The notes under the pieces are model-generated. The model did not search any database. It had not been told where the DNA came from and saw only the letters and a program-made list of their open reading frames with translations. Both the position numbers and the translations under genes were made by a program. Shown in pieces: positions 27,466 to 37,384 of a DNA stretch of 64,000 nucleotides (within the stretch, counting starts at the first letter, position 1; every line of letters begins with the position of its first letter). The stretch spans positions 12,192 through 76,191 of the forward strand of contig JACQEG010000044.1 of assembly GCA_016200665.1 (NCBI GenBank), in the 5' to 3' direction. This DNA comes from Chloroflexota bacterium (GTDB lineage Bacteria; Chloroflexota; Limnocylindria; Limnocylindrales; CSP1-4).

Positions 27466-28175
27466 TGGACCTCATCGGCGCCGCGGCGGCGTGGTTCATG
27501 GATCCGGCCCACTGGAACGGCGCCAACGGCGTCCCGTACCGGCTGGCCCAGCACGTCGGCATCTCGCTCGTCTCGATCGCCATCGCGCTGGCCATCGCCC
27601 TGCCGGTCGGGCTGTACATCGGCCACACCCGCCGCGGCCAGGCGCTCGCCATCAACCTCGCCAACGTCGGCCGGGCGATTCCGTCGCTGGCAGCGATCGC
27701 GATCGTCGTGCCGTTCACCCAGATGATCGATCCGGGCAAGGGCTTCAACCTCTACCCGACGATCATCGCGATGGTCGTCCTCGCCGTCCCGCCGATCCTC
27801 GTCAACACCTACGCCGGGATCGCCGAGGTCGACCGCGACCTGGTCGAGAGCGCCCGTGGGATGGGCATGACGGAGCGCCAGGTCCTCCGGAGCGTCGAGG
27901 TCCCGATCGCCCTGCCGGTCATCGTCGGCGGGCTCCGGTCGGCCACGGTCCAGGTCATCGCCACCGCCACGCTCGGCGCGATCTATGGGCTCGGAGCGCT
28001 CGGCGGGTTCATCGTCGAGGGCGTCGCCCAGCGTGACGACGGCCGGCTCTTCGCCGGCGTGTTCCTCGTCGCCGCGCTGGCGCTGCTGGCCGAGGGCGGC
28101 CTCGCGCTCGTCCAGCGACGGCTTTCCGGCCCGGTTTCCGCCGCGGCCGCCGCCGCGGCCGCGCAGGCCTCGTGA
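27465..28175 (+). CDS. ABC transporter permease (second OpuB/ProW-type subunit)
   Basis: The ATG overlaps the upstream TGA by 1 nt. Confidence 0.85.
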   Translation: MDLIGAAAAWFMDPAHWNGANGVPYRLAQHVGISLVSIAIALAIALPVGLYIGHTRRGQALAINLANVGRAIPSLAAIAIVVPFTQMIDPGKGFNLYPTIIAMVVLAVPPILVNTYAGIAEVDRDLVESARGMGMTERQVLRSVEVPIALPVIVGGLRSATVQVIATATLGAIYGLGALGGFIVEGVAQRDDGRLFAGVFLVAALALLAEGGLALVQRRLSGPVSAAAAAAAAQAS

Positions 28176-28274
28176 GAGCCGTAACCCGTCTGAACCACGA
28201 ATCGGGTTGCGCCGGTATAGTCCGCGGACCCGACGCCTGGCCAGATGGCCGGCGCAGATGGAGGAGATGACCCA

Positions 28275-29225
28275 ATGCGGATGACCCGCTGGGTTGCCCT
28301 TGGGGCGTCGCTGCTGGTGCTGCTCAGCGCCTGCACGACGGGTGGGGGCAACAGGCCGACGGTGAAGGTCGGCTCGGACGGCTTCTATGAAGCCAAGCTC
28401 ATGGCCGAGATCTACGCCCAGGCGCTCGAGGCCAACGGCTACACGGTCGATCGCACCGCGATCGGCATCGGAGCGCGCAAGGTCTCGGCGCCCGCCCTCG
28501 AGAGCGGGCAGTTCGACCTCAAGCCCGAATACATCGGCAGCGGCCTGGCGTTCTACGAGCCGCCGAATGCCTCGCCGGCCCCGGGGGCAAGCGGCAGCGG
28601 AGGGTCGATCAACCGCGGCGATCCCGCCGCCGTGGCCGCCGAGCTGCAGAGCGCCCTGTCGGCCAAGGGCATCACCGTCCTGAACTACTCGCCGGCAGCG
28701 GACCAGAACGCCTTCGTCGTCACCAAGGCGACGGCCGACCAGTACCACCTCGCCAAGATGAGCGACCTCACCGCTGTTGCGAGCCAGCTCAAGTTCGGCG
28801 TGGCGACGGACTGCCCGACCAACCCGGTCTGCGGCCAGGCCCTCAAGGACGCCTACGGCATCGACGTGTCGAACGCGACGCTGCTGTCGGCGTGCGACAC
28901 ACCGATGGTCCAGGCCCTGACCGGCAAGACGATCGATGTCGGCGAGCTGTGCTCGACGCAGCCCGACATCGCCGTCAACGGCTGGGTCGTCCTCCAGGAC
29001 GACAAGCAGACCCAGCCGGCCGACAACCTCGCGCCGCTCGTCCGGAACGATCTGATCACGAAGCTCGGCAGCAACGCCGACGCCTTCAAGAAGATCCTCA
29101 ACGACGTGTCGGCGGCGCTCGACACCGCCACGCTGCTCGACCTCGGCAAGCAGGTGTCCGTCGACAAGAAGGACATCCCGGCTGTCGCGAAGGCCTGGCT
29201 GCAGTTGAAGGGATTCGTGAAGTAG
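28275..29225 (+). CDS. Glycine betaine/choline-type ABC substrate-binding lipoprotein (OpuAC/OpuCC-like)
   Basis: A GGAGGAG RBS sits 8 nt upstream. The signal peptide ends in the LLSAC lipobox. Confidence 0.85.
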   Translation: MRMTRWVALGASLLVLLSACTTGGGNRPTVKVGSDGFYEAKLMAEIYAQALEANGYTVDRTAIGIGARKVSAPALESGQFDLKPEYIGSGLAFYEPPNASPAPGASGSGGSINRGDPAAVAAELQSALSAKGITVLNYSPAADQNAFVVTKATADQYHLAKMSDLTAVASQLKFGVATDCPTNPVCGQALKDAYGIDVSNATLLSACDTPMVQALTGKTIDVGELCSTQPDIAVNGWVVLQDDKQTQPADNLAPLVRNDLITKLGSNADAFKKILNDVSAALDTATLLDLGKQVSVDKKDIPAVAKAWLQLKGFVK

Positions 29226-29259
29226 GCCGATCGGCCCCTCACCGCTGACCCGCAGCTCC

Positions 29260-29286
29260 GAGCCCCCGGCCACCGGCCGGGGGCTC
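29260..29286 (+). terminator. GC-rich hairpin with a 12-bp stem and 3-nt loop, after the opu operon; the trailing U-tract is weak
   Basis: The stem is GAGCCCCCGGCC-acc-GGCCGGGGGCTC. It lies 35 nt after the SBP stop. Confidence 0.5.
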
Positions 29287-29547
29287 CTTCGTCCTCGTGG
29301 GAGCCAAGACGTGGTTCCGGGGGCCCGTTTCTGCCAACGGCTCGCCAGGTGAGCCTTCGTCGACGCATTCCTGCCAACGGCTCACCACCGGGCCCCTGTC
29401 AGGAATGTGCCTGGTGGTCGAGCACGAGGCATCGCGCCCGCACGGTCCGCAGCCTGACGAAGGCTCGGGTGGCGAGCCCCTGACAAAGAACCCGCGGCGA
29501 CCCGCCGGTCTGCCGGCGCGGTCAGCCCGCGCAGTGAGCCGGCGGGG

Positions 29548-30285
29548 TCAGCCGGCGAGGCCGAGCTCCCGCAGGAGGCCGCGGGCCTGGTCGATGAGGT
29601 CGGGCCGGGTCGTGCGGAGGCGCTGCTCCTCCCGGTCGATCCAGGACTGCAGCGGGCTCCGGGCGCCGCTCGCCGCCGCGATCCGATCGAGACGGGCGTC
29701 GGCCCACGCGAGGAACGCCGCATAGATCGCGACCGGATCCTCCGTCTTGAGCCGGCGCTCCGCCCCGTCCTGGTAGTCGACCGGCACGATGAGCCGCCCG
29801 AAGAAGGCCCCGACCTCGGTCGCGAGCGGGTCGGTGTCCTGGCTGTGGCCGCCCCACCGGACGATCGGCGCGGGCGAGGCAAGATCGAGGACCGACAGCT
29901 GGGGCGAGATGACGGCCAGCCGCAGCTCCCCGCCGAAGGTGAGGAAGCGGTTCTCGACCGCGAGTCGGTCGACGAGGTGGACGTGGCCCCACAGGACCGG
30001 CCGCGGCCAGGGCGCCGCCGGCCGGCGTTCGAGGGCCTTGCGATCGAGCGCGACCTGGGCAGCATGGGGCTCGAGCGGTGCCCAGTACGTGAGCACCTCG
30101 GTGTCGAAGTGGCGGAGCGTCGGCTGGTCGCGCAGTGCGACGAGGAGGTGGGCACCGCCGAGCGCCCGCGGCTGGTCGCTGTTGATGAGGCTGAAGCCGA
30201 GGTCATGGAGCAGCGTGGCAGCCGCGTCGGGCCACCCGGCGGGCTCGGCGAGGCGCGCGATCGTCTGCAGCTCCGAGGAGACCAT
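29548..30285 (-). CDS. Hypothetical protein with a weak GHVH calcineurin-like signature
   Basis: The start was taken at MVSSELQ ('cat' at 30283-30285), which leaves a 160-bp divergent region before the next gene. Confidence 0.45.
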   Translation of the reverse strand: MVSSELQTIARLAEPAGWPDAAATLLHDLGFSLINSDQPRALGGAHLLVALRDQPTLRHFDTEVLTYWAPLEPHAAQVALDRKALERRPAAPWPRPVLWGHVHLVDRLAVENRFLTFGGELRLAVISPQLSVLDLASPAPIVRWGGHSQDTDPLATEVGAFFGRLIVPVDYQDGAERRLKTEDPVAIYAAFLAWADARLDRIAAASGARSPLQSWIDREEQRLRTTRPDLIDQARGLLRELGLAG

Positions 30286-30445
30286 GGCGAGAGTGTGCGC
30301 CGCAGCGTGGCAGAGCCCCAGGGCCGTTGGTGCCGATCGGCCAGAGCCATCCGTCCGGACCGGCCGGACCGATCGATTGACAGCCGGGCGGCTCTGGCGA
30401 CCATTAGCCGGGACGCCAGCCCCAGCGCCCACCAGGAGCCCCCCG

Positions 30446-31051
30446 ATGTTCGAGCGCCTCTTCGGCAATCGCGAGCAGGATCCATCCGTCGCCGCGCGAA
30501 TCCCGCCGGGCCAGTACCGGACCGAGAAGTTCCCCGTCCTCCACTACGGCTCGGTCCCGACGACCGACCTGGCGACGTGGGACTTCAAGGTCTACGGCGA
30601 GGTCGACAGCCCGTTCACCCTGACCTGGGACCAGTTCAAGGCCCTGCCGCGCAAGACCGTCCACACGGACATCCACTGCGTCACCCGCTGGACGAAGCTC
30701 GACACGACCTTCGAGGGCGTCCCGATCCAGGAGGTCCTGCGCCTCGCCCAGGTCCGCCCGACCGCCACGCACGTCGTCTCGCACGCCGAGCAGGGCTACA
30801 CCGCCAACCTGCCGCTGTCGGTCCTGGACGACGATGACGTCCTGCTGGCCGACACGTTCGACGGCCAGCCGCTCGAGCCGGAGCACGGCTTCCCGCTCCG
30901 CCTGCTCGTCCCGAAGCGCTACTTCTGGAAGTCCTCGAAGTGGCTCCGCGGCCTGGAGTTCCTGGACCACGACCAGCTCGGCTTCTGGGAGCGGTACGGC
31001 TACAACAACGACGCCGACCCCTGGAAGGAAGAGCGCTACTCCGACTCCTGA
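30446..31051 (+). CDS. Small sulfite-oxidase-family molybdopterin-binding oxidoreductase (YuiH/YedY-like domain)
   Basis: An AGGAG RBS precedes the start. It has the HCVTRWTKL Cys motif. Length is 201 aa. Confidence 0.7.
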   Translation: MFERLFGNREQDPSVAARIPPGQYRTEKFPVLHYGSVPTTDLATWDFKVYGEVDSPFTLTWDQFKALPRKTVHTDIHCVTRWTKLDTTFEGVPIQEVLRLAQVRPTATHVVSHAEQGYTANLPLSVLDDDDVLLADTFDGQPLEPEHGFPLRLLVPKRYFWKSSKWLRGLEFLDHDQLGFWERYGYNNDADPWKEERYSDS

Positions 31052-31077
31052 ATCACGTCGTCGCCGATGGGCGGGCG

Positions 31078-32631
31078 ATGCGGAGCAGGCATCCTCTGGA
31101 GAGGCAGCAGCGGAGGGCGGTGGCCGTGGCTCGACGAGCCTTTGATGTCCTGATCGTCGGCGGTGGGTCGGCCGGCTGCGTCGTCGCCCGGCGGCTCGCG
31201 GAAGGCGGCGACCACTCGGTGCTCCTCCTGGAGGCCGGTCCCGACCTGGGCGACGCGGTGAGCCCGGCCCTCCGCGATGGCTGGAGCAACCCCGCCGGGG
31301 CCGAGTGGAGGCACGATTGGGGCTTCCAGTCGGAGCCGGACGCGTCGGGCGCGACGAGCAAGCTCCGGCGCGGCCGCCTGCTCGGCGGCAACTCCTGGCT
31401 GACCCGCTTCGCCGTCCGGGGGCCGGCGTCGGACTTCGACGCGTGGTCTCGTCGCGGGATCCAGGGCTGGACCTACGCCGATGTCCTGCCCAGCTTCAGG
31501 CGCCTCGAATCCGATCTCGAGTTCGGGTCCCAGCCTTGGCACGGTGCCGATGGCCCGGTCCCGATCAGTCGCTACCCGGCGCTGGCCCGCTCCGCCATTC
31601 ACGAGGTCGCCCTGGAGGCGCTCTCGGCTCTCGGCTTCCCGAGCGTCGACGACCACAATGCGCCCGCTGCGGTCGGCGTCGGGCCAATGCCGATGAGCAC
31701 GCGCGATGGACGCCGCGTAACAACCTTGGACGCGTATCTGCCGGCTGGGACGCAGCCCACGAACCTGGTTTTCCGACCGAACACATCGGTCGCTCACGTC
31801 GTGATCGAGCGGGGGCGAGCCATCGGCGTGGCCCTCGCCGATGGCACATCGATCGCCGCCGGCTCGGTGGTCCTATCGGCGGGCGTCTATGGCAGTCCGC
31901 CGATCCTCCAACGGTCCGGGATCGGACCTGCCGGCGAGCTGCGAGCGCTCGGCATCCCGGTGGCGATGGACCTTCGGGGCGTCGGGGCGAACCTCTCGGA
32001 CCATCCCGCCGTCGACCTCGACGCAGGCTGGCAAGGCGACGGTCCCAGCGCGCCGGTCCTCCACTCGATCGCCACGTTCCGAAGCTCGGGCCGATCGCCC
32101 GCGGCGGCGCCGGACCTGATGTTCTGGCTCACCGACCCAGCCAGCGCCGGCGCGGGCTTCTACTTCGACCCCGTCCTGCTCAAGCCAGAATCTCGGGGCT
32201 CGGTCCGGCTCCGATCGGCAGATCCGGGCGACCCGCCACGCATCGCCCTGCCCGACCTCGAGGCGGCGGACGCCGATCGATTGGCCGAGGGCTATCGGCT
32301 GTGGATCGCCCTCGCGAACCATCCGGCCGTTCGTCGACTCTGTGCCAACGCCGCCCCGTCCGAGCCGCGATCCGCCGCAGCGCTACGGGACCGCGTCCGC
32401 GAAGCCGCGTACTCGAACCCGCACGTCGTCGGCACCTGCCGAATGGGACCGGACCCCACGAGCGGCGACGTCGTCGACGAGGTCGGCCGGGTCCACGGCA
32501 TCGCGGGGCTCAACGTGATCGATGCCTCGATCATCCCCGAGGCGCCGGCGGGCTTCCCGCACCTGATCACGATCATGCTGGCCGAACGCCTCGCCGAACG
32601 CCTCTCGACCGATCTCGCTCTGGCGTCCTGA
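31078..32631 (+). CDS. GMC family FAD-dependent oxidoreductase (choline dehydrogenase-like)
   Basis: The N-terminus has FDVLIVGGGSAGCVVARRLAE in a Rossmann fold. The C-terminus has typical GMC motifs, GTCRMG and the active-site His region. Confidence 0.85.
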   Translation: MRSRHPLERQQRRAVAVARRAFDVLIVGGGSAGCVVARRLAEGGDHSVLLLEAGPDLGDAVSPALRDGWSNPAGAEWRHDWGFQSEPDASGATSKLRRGRLLGGNSWLTRFAVRGPASDFDAWSRRGIQGWTYADVLPSFRRLESDLEFGSQPWHGADGPVPISRYPALARSAIHEVALEALSALGFPSVDDHNAPAAVGVGPMPMSTRDGRRVTTLDAYLPAGTQPTNLVFRPNTSVAHVVIERGRAIGVALADGTSIAAGSVVLSAGVYGSPPILQRSGIGPAGELRALGIPVAMDLRGVGANLSDHPAVDLDAGWQGDGPSAPVLHSIATFRSSGRSPAAAPDLMFWLTDPASAGAGFYFDPVLLKPESRGSVRLRSADPGDPPRIALPDLEAADADRLAEGYRLWIALANHPAVRRLCANAAPSEPRSAAALRDRVREAAYSNPHVVGTCRMGPDPTSGDVVDEVGRVHGIAGLNVIDASIIPEAPAGFPHLITIMLAERLAERLSTDLALAS

Positions 32632-32805
32632 CGTCCATCCACGTGACCCGGCCGCGGGGTCATTCGTGACATGCGCGTGCCGCGAGTGCCGTGGAGGGCG
32701 AACCGGGCCGTGAGGACCTTCGGCCCTTCGGCAGGCGCCTCCTTGGGGCCCACCATGGCCGCGTCCGGGGCGACCCGGTCGCCCCGATCGACCCGGTCGA
32801 GCAGG

Positions 32806-33498
32806 ATGGACATGCCGATGCTCTCTGACGACAAGCTCGCCGAAGCCCGCGCGGCTCTGCCGGTCCTCCGGTCGGCGCCTGCCGCGCTCCTCGACGAGTT
32901 CCGCCGAATCGCATTCATCGCCCGCATCCCAGCGGGCCGGAATGTCTTCGTCGAGGGGGATCGGGTCGGGGCGATCCCGCTGCTGATCAGCGGAACCGTC
33001 CGCGTGTACCAGGTCGGCGAGACCGGTCGCGAGGTGACGCTGTACCGGTTCCGACCCGGGGAGTCGTGCGTCCTCACCGCGAACGCCATCCTGACCGGGC
33101 AGGGATTCCCGGCGATCGCGACCGTCGAGGATGAGGCCGAGGCGGTCATGGTCCCCGCGGAGACCTTCAGCCGATGGGTCGGCCGAGACGATCTCTGGCG
33201 GCAGTTCTTCGTCGATCTGGTCGCCCAGCGACTGGCGAGCGTCATGTCCGTGGTCGACGAGGTGGCATTCAAGCGCCTGGACCAGCGCGTCGCAGCCCTC
33301 CTCGCACGCCGGGCTCGCGACACACCGAGCGTGCGGATCACCCACCAGGAGATCGCTGCCGAGCTGGGCAGCGCTCGCGAAGCCGTCAGCCGGGTGCTCG
33401 AGGATCTCGCCGCGAAGGGACTGGTGCAGCCCGGCCGCGGCACGGTCGTCGTGCCCGATGTCGCGGCCCTCGAGGCCATCGCGAGAACGGTGACCTAG
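32806..33498 (+). CDS. Crp/Fnr family transcriptional regulator
   Basis: It has a cNMP-binding-like beta-roll and a C-terminal HTH, ITHQEIAAELGSAREAVSRVLEDL. Confidence 0.8.
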   Translation: MDMPMLSDDKLAEARAALPVLRSAPAALLDEFRRIAFIARIPAGRNVFVEGDRVGAIPLLISGTVRVYQVGETGREVTLYRFRPGESCVLTANAILTGQGFPAIATVEDEAEAVMVPAETFSRWVGRDDLWRQFFVDLVAQRLASVMSVVDEVAFKRLDQRVAALLARRARDTPSVRITHQEIAAELGSAREAVSRVLEDLAAKGLVQPGRGTVVVPDVAALEAIARTVT

Positions 33499-33567
33499 TC
33501 ACCGACAGCGACTCGTCGTCTCGCGAGGATCAGCTCATCGACCTCACGCGACACAGGAGCTTCAGAG

Positions 33568-33795
33568 ATGAGTTGGTTCGTCAGGTTCATGGTTTCGCCG
33601 ATCGGCCGCGCGGCGCGCATCGTCGCCGGCGCCGCAATGATCGGTGGTGGGCTCTTCGTGATCGGCGGGACGCCCGGTGCCATCGTCGCCGCGGTCGGCC
33701 TCGTGCCGCTCGTCGCAGGCGCTGTCGACGGCTGCCTGTTCGCCCGGCTGTTCGGCTATCACCTCAGCGGATCGCGAACGCGCGCCGCGCTGTAG
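33568..33795 (+). CDS. DUF2892/YgaP-C-like small membrane protein, often associated with rhodanese and sulfur modules
   Basis: An AGGAG RBS precedes the start. It has two TM helices and a conserved Cys (GAVDGCLFARLFG). Confidence 0.6.
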   Translation: MSWFVRFMVSPIGRAARIVAGAAMIGGGLFVIGGTPGAIVAAVGLVPLVAGAVDGCLFARLFGYHLSGSRTRAAL

Positions 33796-33929
33796 ACCGC
33801 AGCCCTCAGGCCGGCACCGTCTCGCGAATCGCCCCGGCGGGCGCCCGATGACGACGGTGCCGGTCGTCTTGATCCCGGTCACCCTCCCGGCATCGAACTC
33901 TGCGTCCGGTGCGATCCGGGTGGGCAGAG

Positions 33930-35156
33930 TCAGGCCCGACCGAGCAGCCAGAACGTTCGCAGCCGGCCCTTGCCCTTCACGTCCGTAACGCCCCGATCCT
34001 CGAAGCGGAAGGCGTCTCCCAACCGCTCGCGGACGGCCGCGGTCACCTGGATCCGGCCCGGGACGCCGTGGGACTCCATCCTGCTGGCGGTGTTCACGGC
34101 ATCGCCCCAGACGTCGTAGATGAACTTCCGGCGCCCGATGACGCCGGCCACCACCGGACCGCTGTCGATGCCGATGCGAATGTCGATTTCCAGGTCGAGG
34201 CGATCGCGCAGCGCGTGGAGCTCGGACAGCATCTCGAGGGCCATATCAGCGGCCGCTGCGGCGTGATCCGCACGAGCCTCGGGCAGCCCGGCGACCACCA
34301 TGTACGCGTCGCCGATGGTCTTGATCTTCTCGAGGCCGTGGCGTTCCGCGAGGTCATCGAAGGCGGTGAAGATCTCGTCGAGGACCGCCACGACCCGGGC
34401 GGCGGGCGTGCGCTCGACGAACGGCGTGAAGTTCGCGACGTCAGCGAACACGACGGTCGCCGCCTCGTGGCTCTCGGCGATGACGCCGGCATCGCGCTTC
34501 AGGCGATCGGCAATCTTCTTCGGGAGGACGTTGAGCAGCAGCACGTCGGATCGGCGGAGGGCCGCCTCACGAGCACGGACGAAGTACTGCATCAGGAGAT
34601 AGGCGGTCAGCGAGACGCCGCCGATGTTCAGGGCGAAGAACGCCACCCGGATCGGGTCCGGGATGGCGGCGGCGTGTGACGCCAGGCCCGGGTCCAGCCA
34701 CGCGGAGAGTCCGGTCAGGGCCAGGAAGCCGATGAACCATGGCACCGCGGCATCGGCCCGGTAGAAGAACAACGCCCCGAACGCGGCGATGAGGGCCCAC
34801 AGGCTGACGGCGCTCGAGGCCTCGTAGCCGCCAAGGCTCCACTGGAGCAGGAACGGCAGAGCGAGCATCAGGCCGAGCTGGCTCAGCCGCAGGAAGCGAT
34901 AGCCTTTCGTCCGGCTGAAGAGCACGAGGCTCGCGAACGAGACGACCTGGTAGGCGAACGGGATCGCCGCGGACACCGGCAGCCCGAGGGCGAGGTAGGT
35001 CGCGACCCACCCGACTGCAAGCACCATCACCGTCGAGGCGGCGATCGTCAGGGTGGCCTTCTGGGCGCGGACCTCGTCATCGTCGTCCGGGCGAACGCCG
35101 AGCAGGGCAAGGCGTGAGATGTGCCGCACCAGGACCGGGGAGGCGGGACGCGCCAT
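33930..35156 (-). CDS. Class III adenylate/guanylate cyclase with an N-terminal 6-TM domain
   Basis: The cyclase domain reads VVFADVANFT...KIKTIGDAYMVVAGLPE...GPVVAGVIG. The start was taken at MARPAS ('cat' at 35154-35156). Confidence 0.8.
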   Translation of the reverse strand: MARPASPVLVRHISRLALLGVRPDDDDEVRAQKATLTIAASTVMVLAVGWVATYLALGLPVSAAIPFAYQVVSFASLVLFSRTKGYRFLRLSQLGLMLALPFLLQWSLGGYEASSAVSLWALIAAFGALFFYRADAAVPWFIGFLALTGLSAWLDPGLASHAAAIPDPIRVAFFALNIGGVSLTAYLLMQYFVRAREAALRRSDVLLLNVLPKKIADRLKRDAGVIAESHEAATVVFADVANFTPFVERTPAARVVAVLDEIFTAFDDLAERHGLEKIKTIGDAYMVVAGLPEARADHAAAAADMALEMLSELHALRDRLDLEIDIRIGIDSGPVVAGVIGRRKFIYDVWGDAVNTASRMESHGVPGRIQVTAAVRERLGDAFRFEDRGVTDVKGKGRLRTFWLLGRA

Positions 35157-35240
35157 GGCGTGGACAGTCTGACAAACCGCCATCCGCGGCGGGCCGTTCG
35201 GACCGTGCGACGGGCGACCACGCCGGGCCATGCTCGATGC

Positions 35241-35591
35241 ATGAATGTCCTGCTGATCCTCAACGACGGTCCCTACGGCACGGAGCGGTCGTACAACGGC
35301 CTGCGCCTCGCGCTCGCGCTTGCCAAGCGCGACGAGACGACCGTTCACGTGTTCCTCATGGCCGATGCCGTCGGGTGCGGGAAGGCGGGCCAGACCACGC
35401 CCGAGGGCTACTACAACCTCGGTCGGATGCTGAAGAGTCTCGCGAGTCGCGGGACCGCGATCGGGGCGTGCGGCACGTGCATGGACGCGCGCGGGTTCAC
35501 CGACTCGGAGCTGGCCGACGGTATCCGGCGATCATCGATGGCCGAGCTGGCCGAGTGGACGGCAACGTCGGACAGGGTCGTCACGTTCTAG
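35241..35591 (+). CDS. YchN/DsrE-family sulfur-relay-like protein
   Basis: It aligns by eye to YchN: NDGPYGTERSYNGLRLALAL...FLMADAV..GQ..EGY....ML........C.TC.DARG. Confidence 0.7.
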   Translation: MNVLLILNDGPYGTERSYNGLRLALALAKRDETTVHVFLMADAVGCGKAGQTTPEGYYNLGRMLKSLASRGTAIGACGTCMDARGFTDSELADGIRRSSMAELAEWTATSDRVVTF

Positions 35592-35619
35592 CCACGCACC
35601 GCGGGCGTCGTCTCAAGCC

Positions 35620-36759
35620 TCAGCTGCCGAACCAGCCCGTCAGACGATCCGCCTCGAACGCGGCCTTCGAGGCGACGGCCTCGGCTGACGGCTGTGCGAT
35701 CGAGACGCCCGGCGGATCTGCGAGGAACCGCCCCTGGACAGCGGCGGCGCGACCCTCGCCAACCTCGGCATAGCAGACACCCTCGCCCGCGAACGTCGCC
35801 GAGCTGGCTCGCCCGGCGATCTCATCCGCGATTCGTTCGGCGGCGACGTAGCCCTCGGCTTCGGCGAAGACGCCGGCCTTCGGGAGCGCCAGGCCATTGG
35901 CGAGCTTGATGATGGTGCAGTCCCCGATCGCGTACACGCCGCGGAAGCCCGTCTCCAGCGTCGTCGGGTTGACGGAGACCCAGCCGCCCGGGACTGCCAG
36001 TCCCGCGTCGACGAGAAGCGCCGGACAGCGGTGCGGCGGGATCCCGAACAGCACGTCGAACGGAAGGGTCGTGTCATCAGAGAACCGCACTGTCCCCGGC
36101 GTCACCTCGATGGCCGCGTGTCCGCGATGGAACGTGATGCCGGCGGCTTCGAGGATGGCGTCCACCTTGGCGCTCTCGGTCGGGCCGACGACGGGCAGCG
36201 CGATGGGCATCGGCCCGAACACCGCAACGCTGACCGTGGCCGCCCGCCGGTCCAGGAGCTCCTTCGCGAGCAGGGCCAGCTCGAACGGGCCAGGCGGGCA
36301 GGCGTACGGCAGGCCGAAGACGCCGATGAGCAGGCGACCGGATCGCATGCCCGCCAACGCATCGTGCCCGCGTGTCGCGAGGTCGCGGTCCCAGACGTTG
36401 ATCCCGTGCTCGACGAGGCCTGGGATGGCCCCGGGGACCTGATCCGCGCCGAGGGCCACGACCAGCGCGTCTGCGGCAAGCCACTCGCCATCGACGGACA
36501 CGCGCAGCCCGGCCGGGTCGACGGCTTCGACCGTGCCTTCGACGACCTCGATGCCCCTTGATCTCAGGGTGGCGAGGGACCGAGCCCCATCACGAAGGCG
36601 ATGCGAGCCGACCACGGCCCACGTCTTGCGGAGGCCCATGACGAACTCGCTCCGCCGATCGACCAGTGTCACGCGGTCGTTCGGACCGAGACGCCATCTC
36701 AGACGGGTCGCCGCCGCGATGCCCCCGAAGCCACCGCCCAGGACGAGCACACGTGCCAT
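35620..36759 (-). CDS. FAD-dependent pyridine nucleotide-disulfide oxidoreductase (sulfide:quinone oxidoreductase / NDH-2-like)
   Basis: The N-terminus has VLVLGGGFGGIAAA. Later segments are GDCT and YACPPGPFE. An AGGAG RBS precedes the start. Confidence 0.75.
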   Translation of the reverse strand: MARVLVLGGGFGGIAAATRLRWRLGPNDRVTLVDRRSEFVMGLRKTWAVVGSHRLRDGARSLATLRSRGIEVVEGTVEAVDPAGLRVSVDGEWLAADALVVALGADQVPGAIPGLVEHGINVWDRDLATRGHDALAGMRSGRLLIGVFGLPYACPPGPFELALLAKELLDRRAATVSVAVFGPMPIALPVVGPTESAKVDAILEAAGITFHRGHAAIEVTPGTVRFSDDTTLPFDVLFGIPPHRCPALLVDAGLAVPGGWVSVNPTTLETGFRGVYAIGDCTIIKLANGLALPKAGVFAEAEGYVAAERIADEIAGRASSATFAGEGVCYAEVGEGRAAAVQGRFLADPPGVSIAQPSAEAVASKAAFEADRLTGWFGS

Positions 36760-36807
36760 CGTTGCCTCGGCTCCTGGCTGACACCACCCCTCGCCCAGGT
36801 CGGTCCG

Positions 36808-37185
36808 TCAGCCCAGGGCGGAGCGGGCCTTCTCCGCGCTGTCGACCCCGAAGGCAACCACCATCTGGCCGCCCGCCATGCCCATCGGCACGACCAGCTC
36901 GACGTTGACCCCGGCGTCGGCGAGGCGCCGGGCAACCGCAGCGAGACCGCCCGCTTGATCGGCAACATTGCTCGTCACGGCCGCGATCGTCCGGAATGCC
37001 ACGTTTGCCGATTTGAGCGCGGCGCTCGCTCCCGTTTCGTCGTCGGTCAGAAAGCCGAAGCCGCCCGTCGATCCGAAGCCGATTCCGGCGCCGGTCGTGA
37101 TGTTCACGCCTGCCGTGCCAAGCGCCCCGGTCACCCGCGCCAGGGCACCCGGCCGGTTCTCGAGCTCCACGATGAAGGCGTTCAC
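36808..37185 (-). CDS. ACT-domain pair protein
   Basis: It has two ACT-like halves. A GTG start follows a GAGGAGG RBS. Confidence 0.6.
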   Translation of the reverse strand: MNAFIVELENRPGALARVTGALGTAGVNITTGAGIGFGSTGGFGFLTDDETGASAALKSANVAFRTIAAVTSNVADQAGGLAAVARRLADAGVNVELVVPMGMAGGQMVVAFGVDSAEKARSALG

Positions 37186-37263
37186 GTGTCCCTCCTCGTC
37201 CTGTCACGACCCCGCGCTCACTCGCCCATGCGAGCTCGTCTGGCGATGCATTGTCCGCCCGTT

Positions 37264-37275
37264 GGCAACGTTGCC
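37264..37275. promoter_or_regulatory. Perfect 12-bp palindrome, GGCAACGTTGCC, in the divergent region upstream of acr3. It is a candidate ArsR/SmtB operator
   Basis: The palindrome was seen in the sequence. It lies 110 bp upstream of the ACR3 GTG. Confidence 0.35.
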
Positions 37276-37384
37276 GGCCCTTGTTCACGACGGATGGCCC
37301 GTGCCCACAAGGCCGTCTGGAACATCTCAGTGACGACTGTGATGTTCATCGTGGCCTGAGATCCGTCGGCAGCGAGGTGCGCCC

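Noticed and set aside
35694-36781. Several 70-180-aa plus-strand ORFs inside the SQR-like gene region
   Set aside because: They are antisense to a well-supported FAD oxidoreductase gene and are Arg/Pro-rich.
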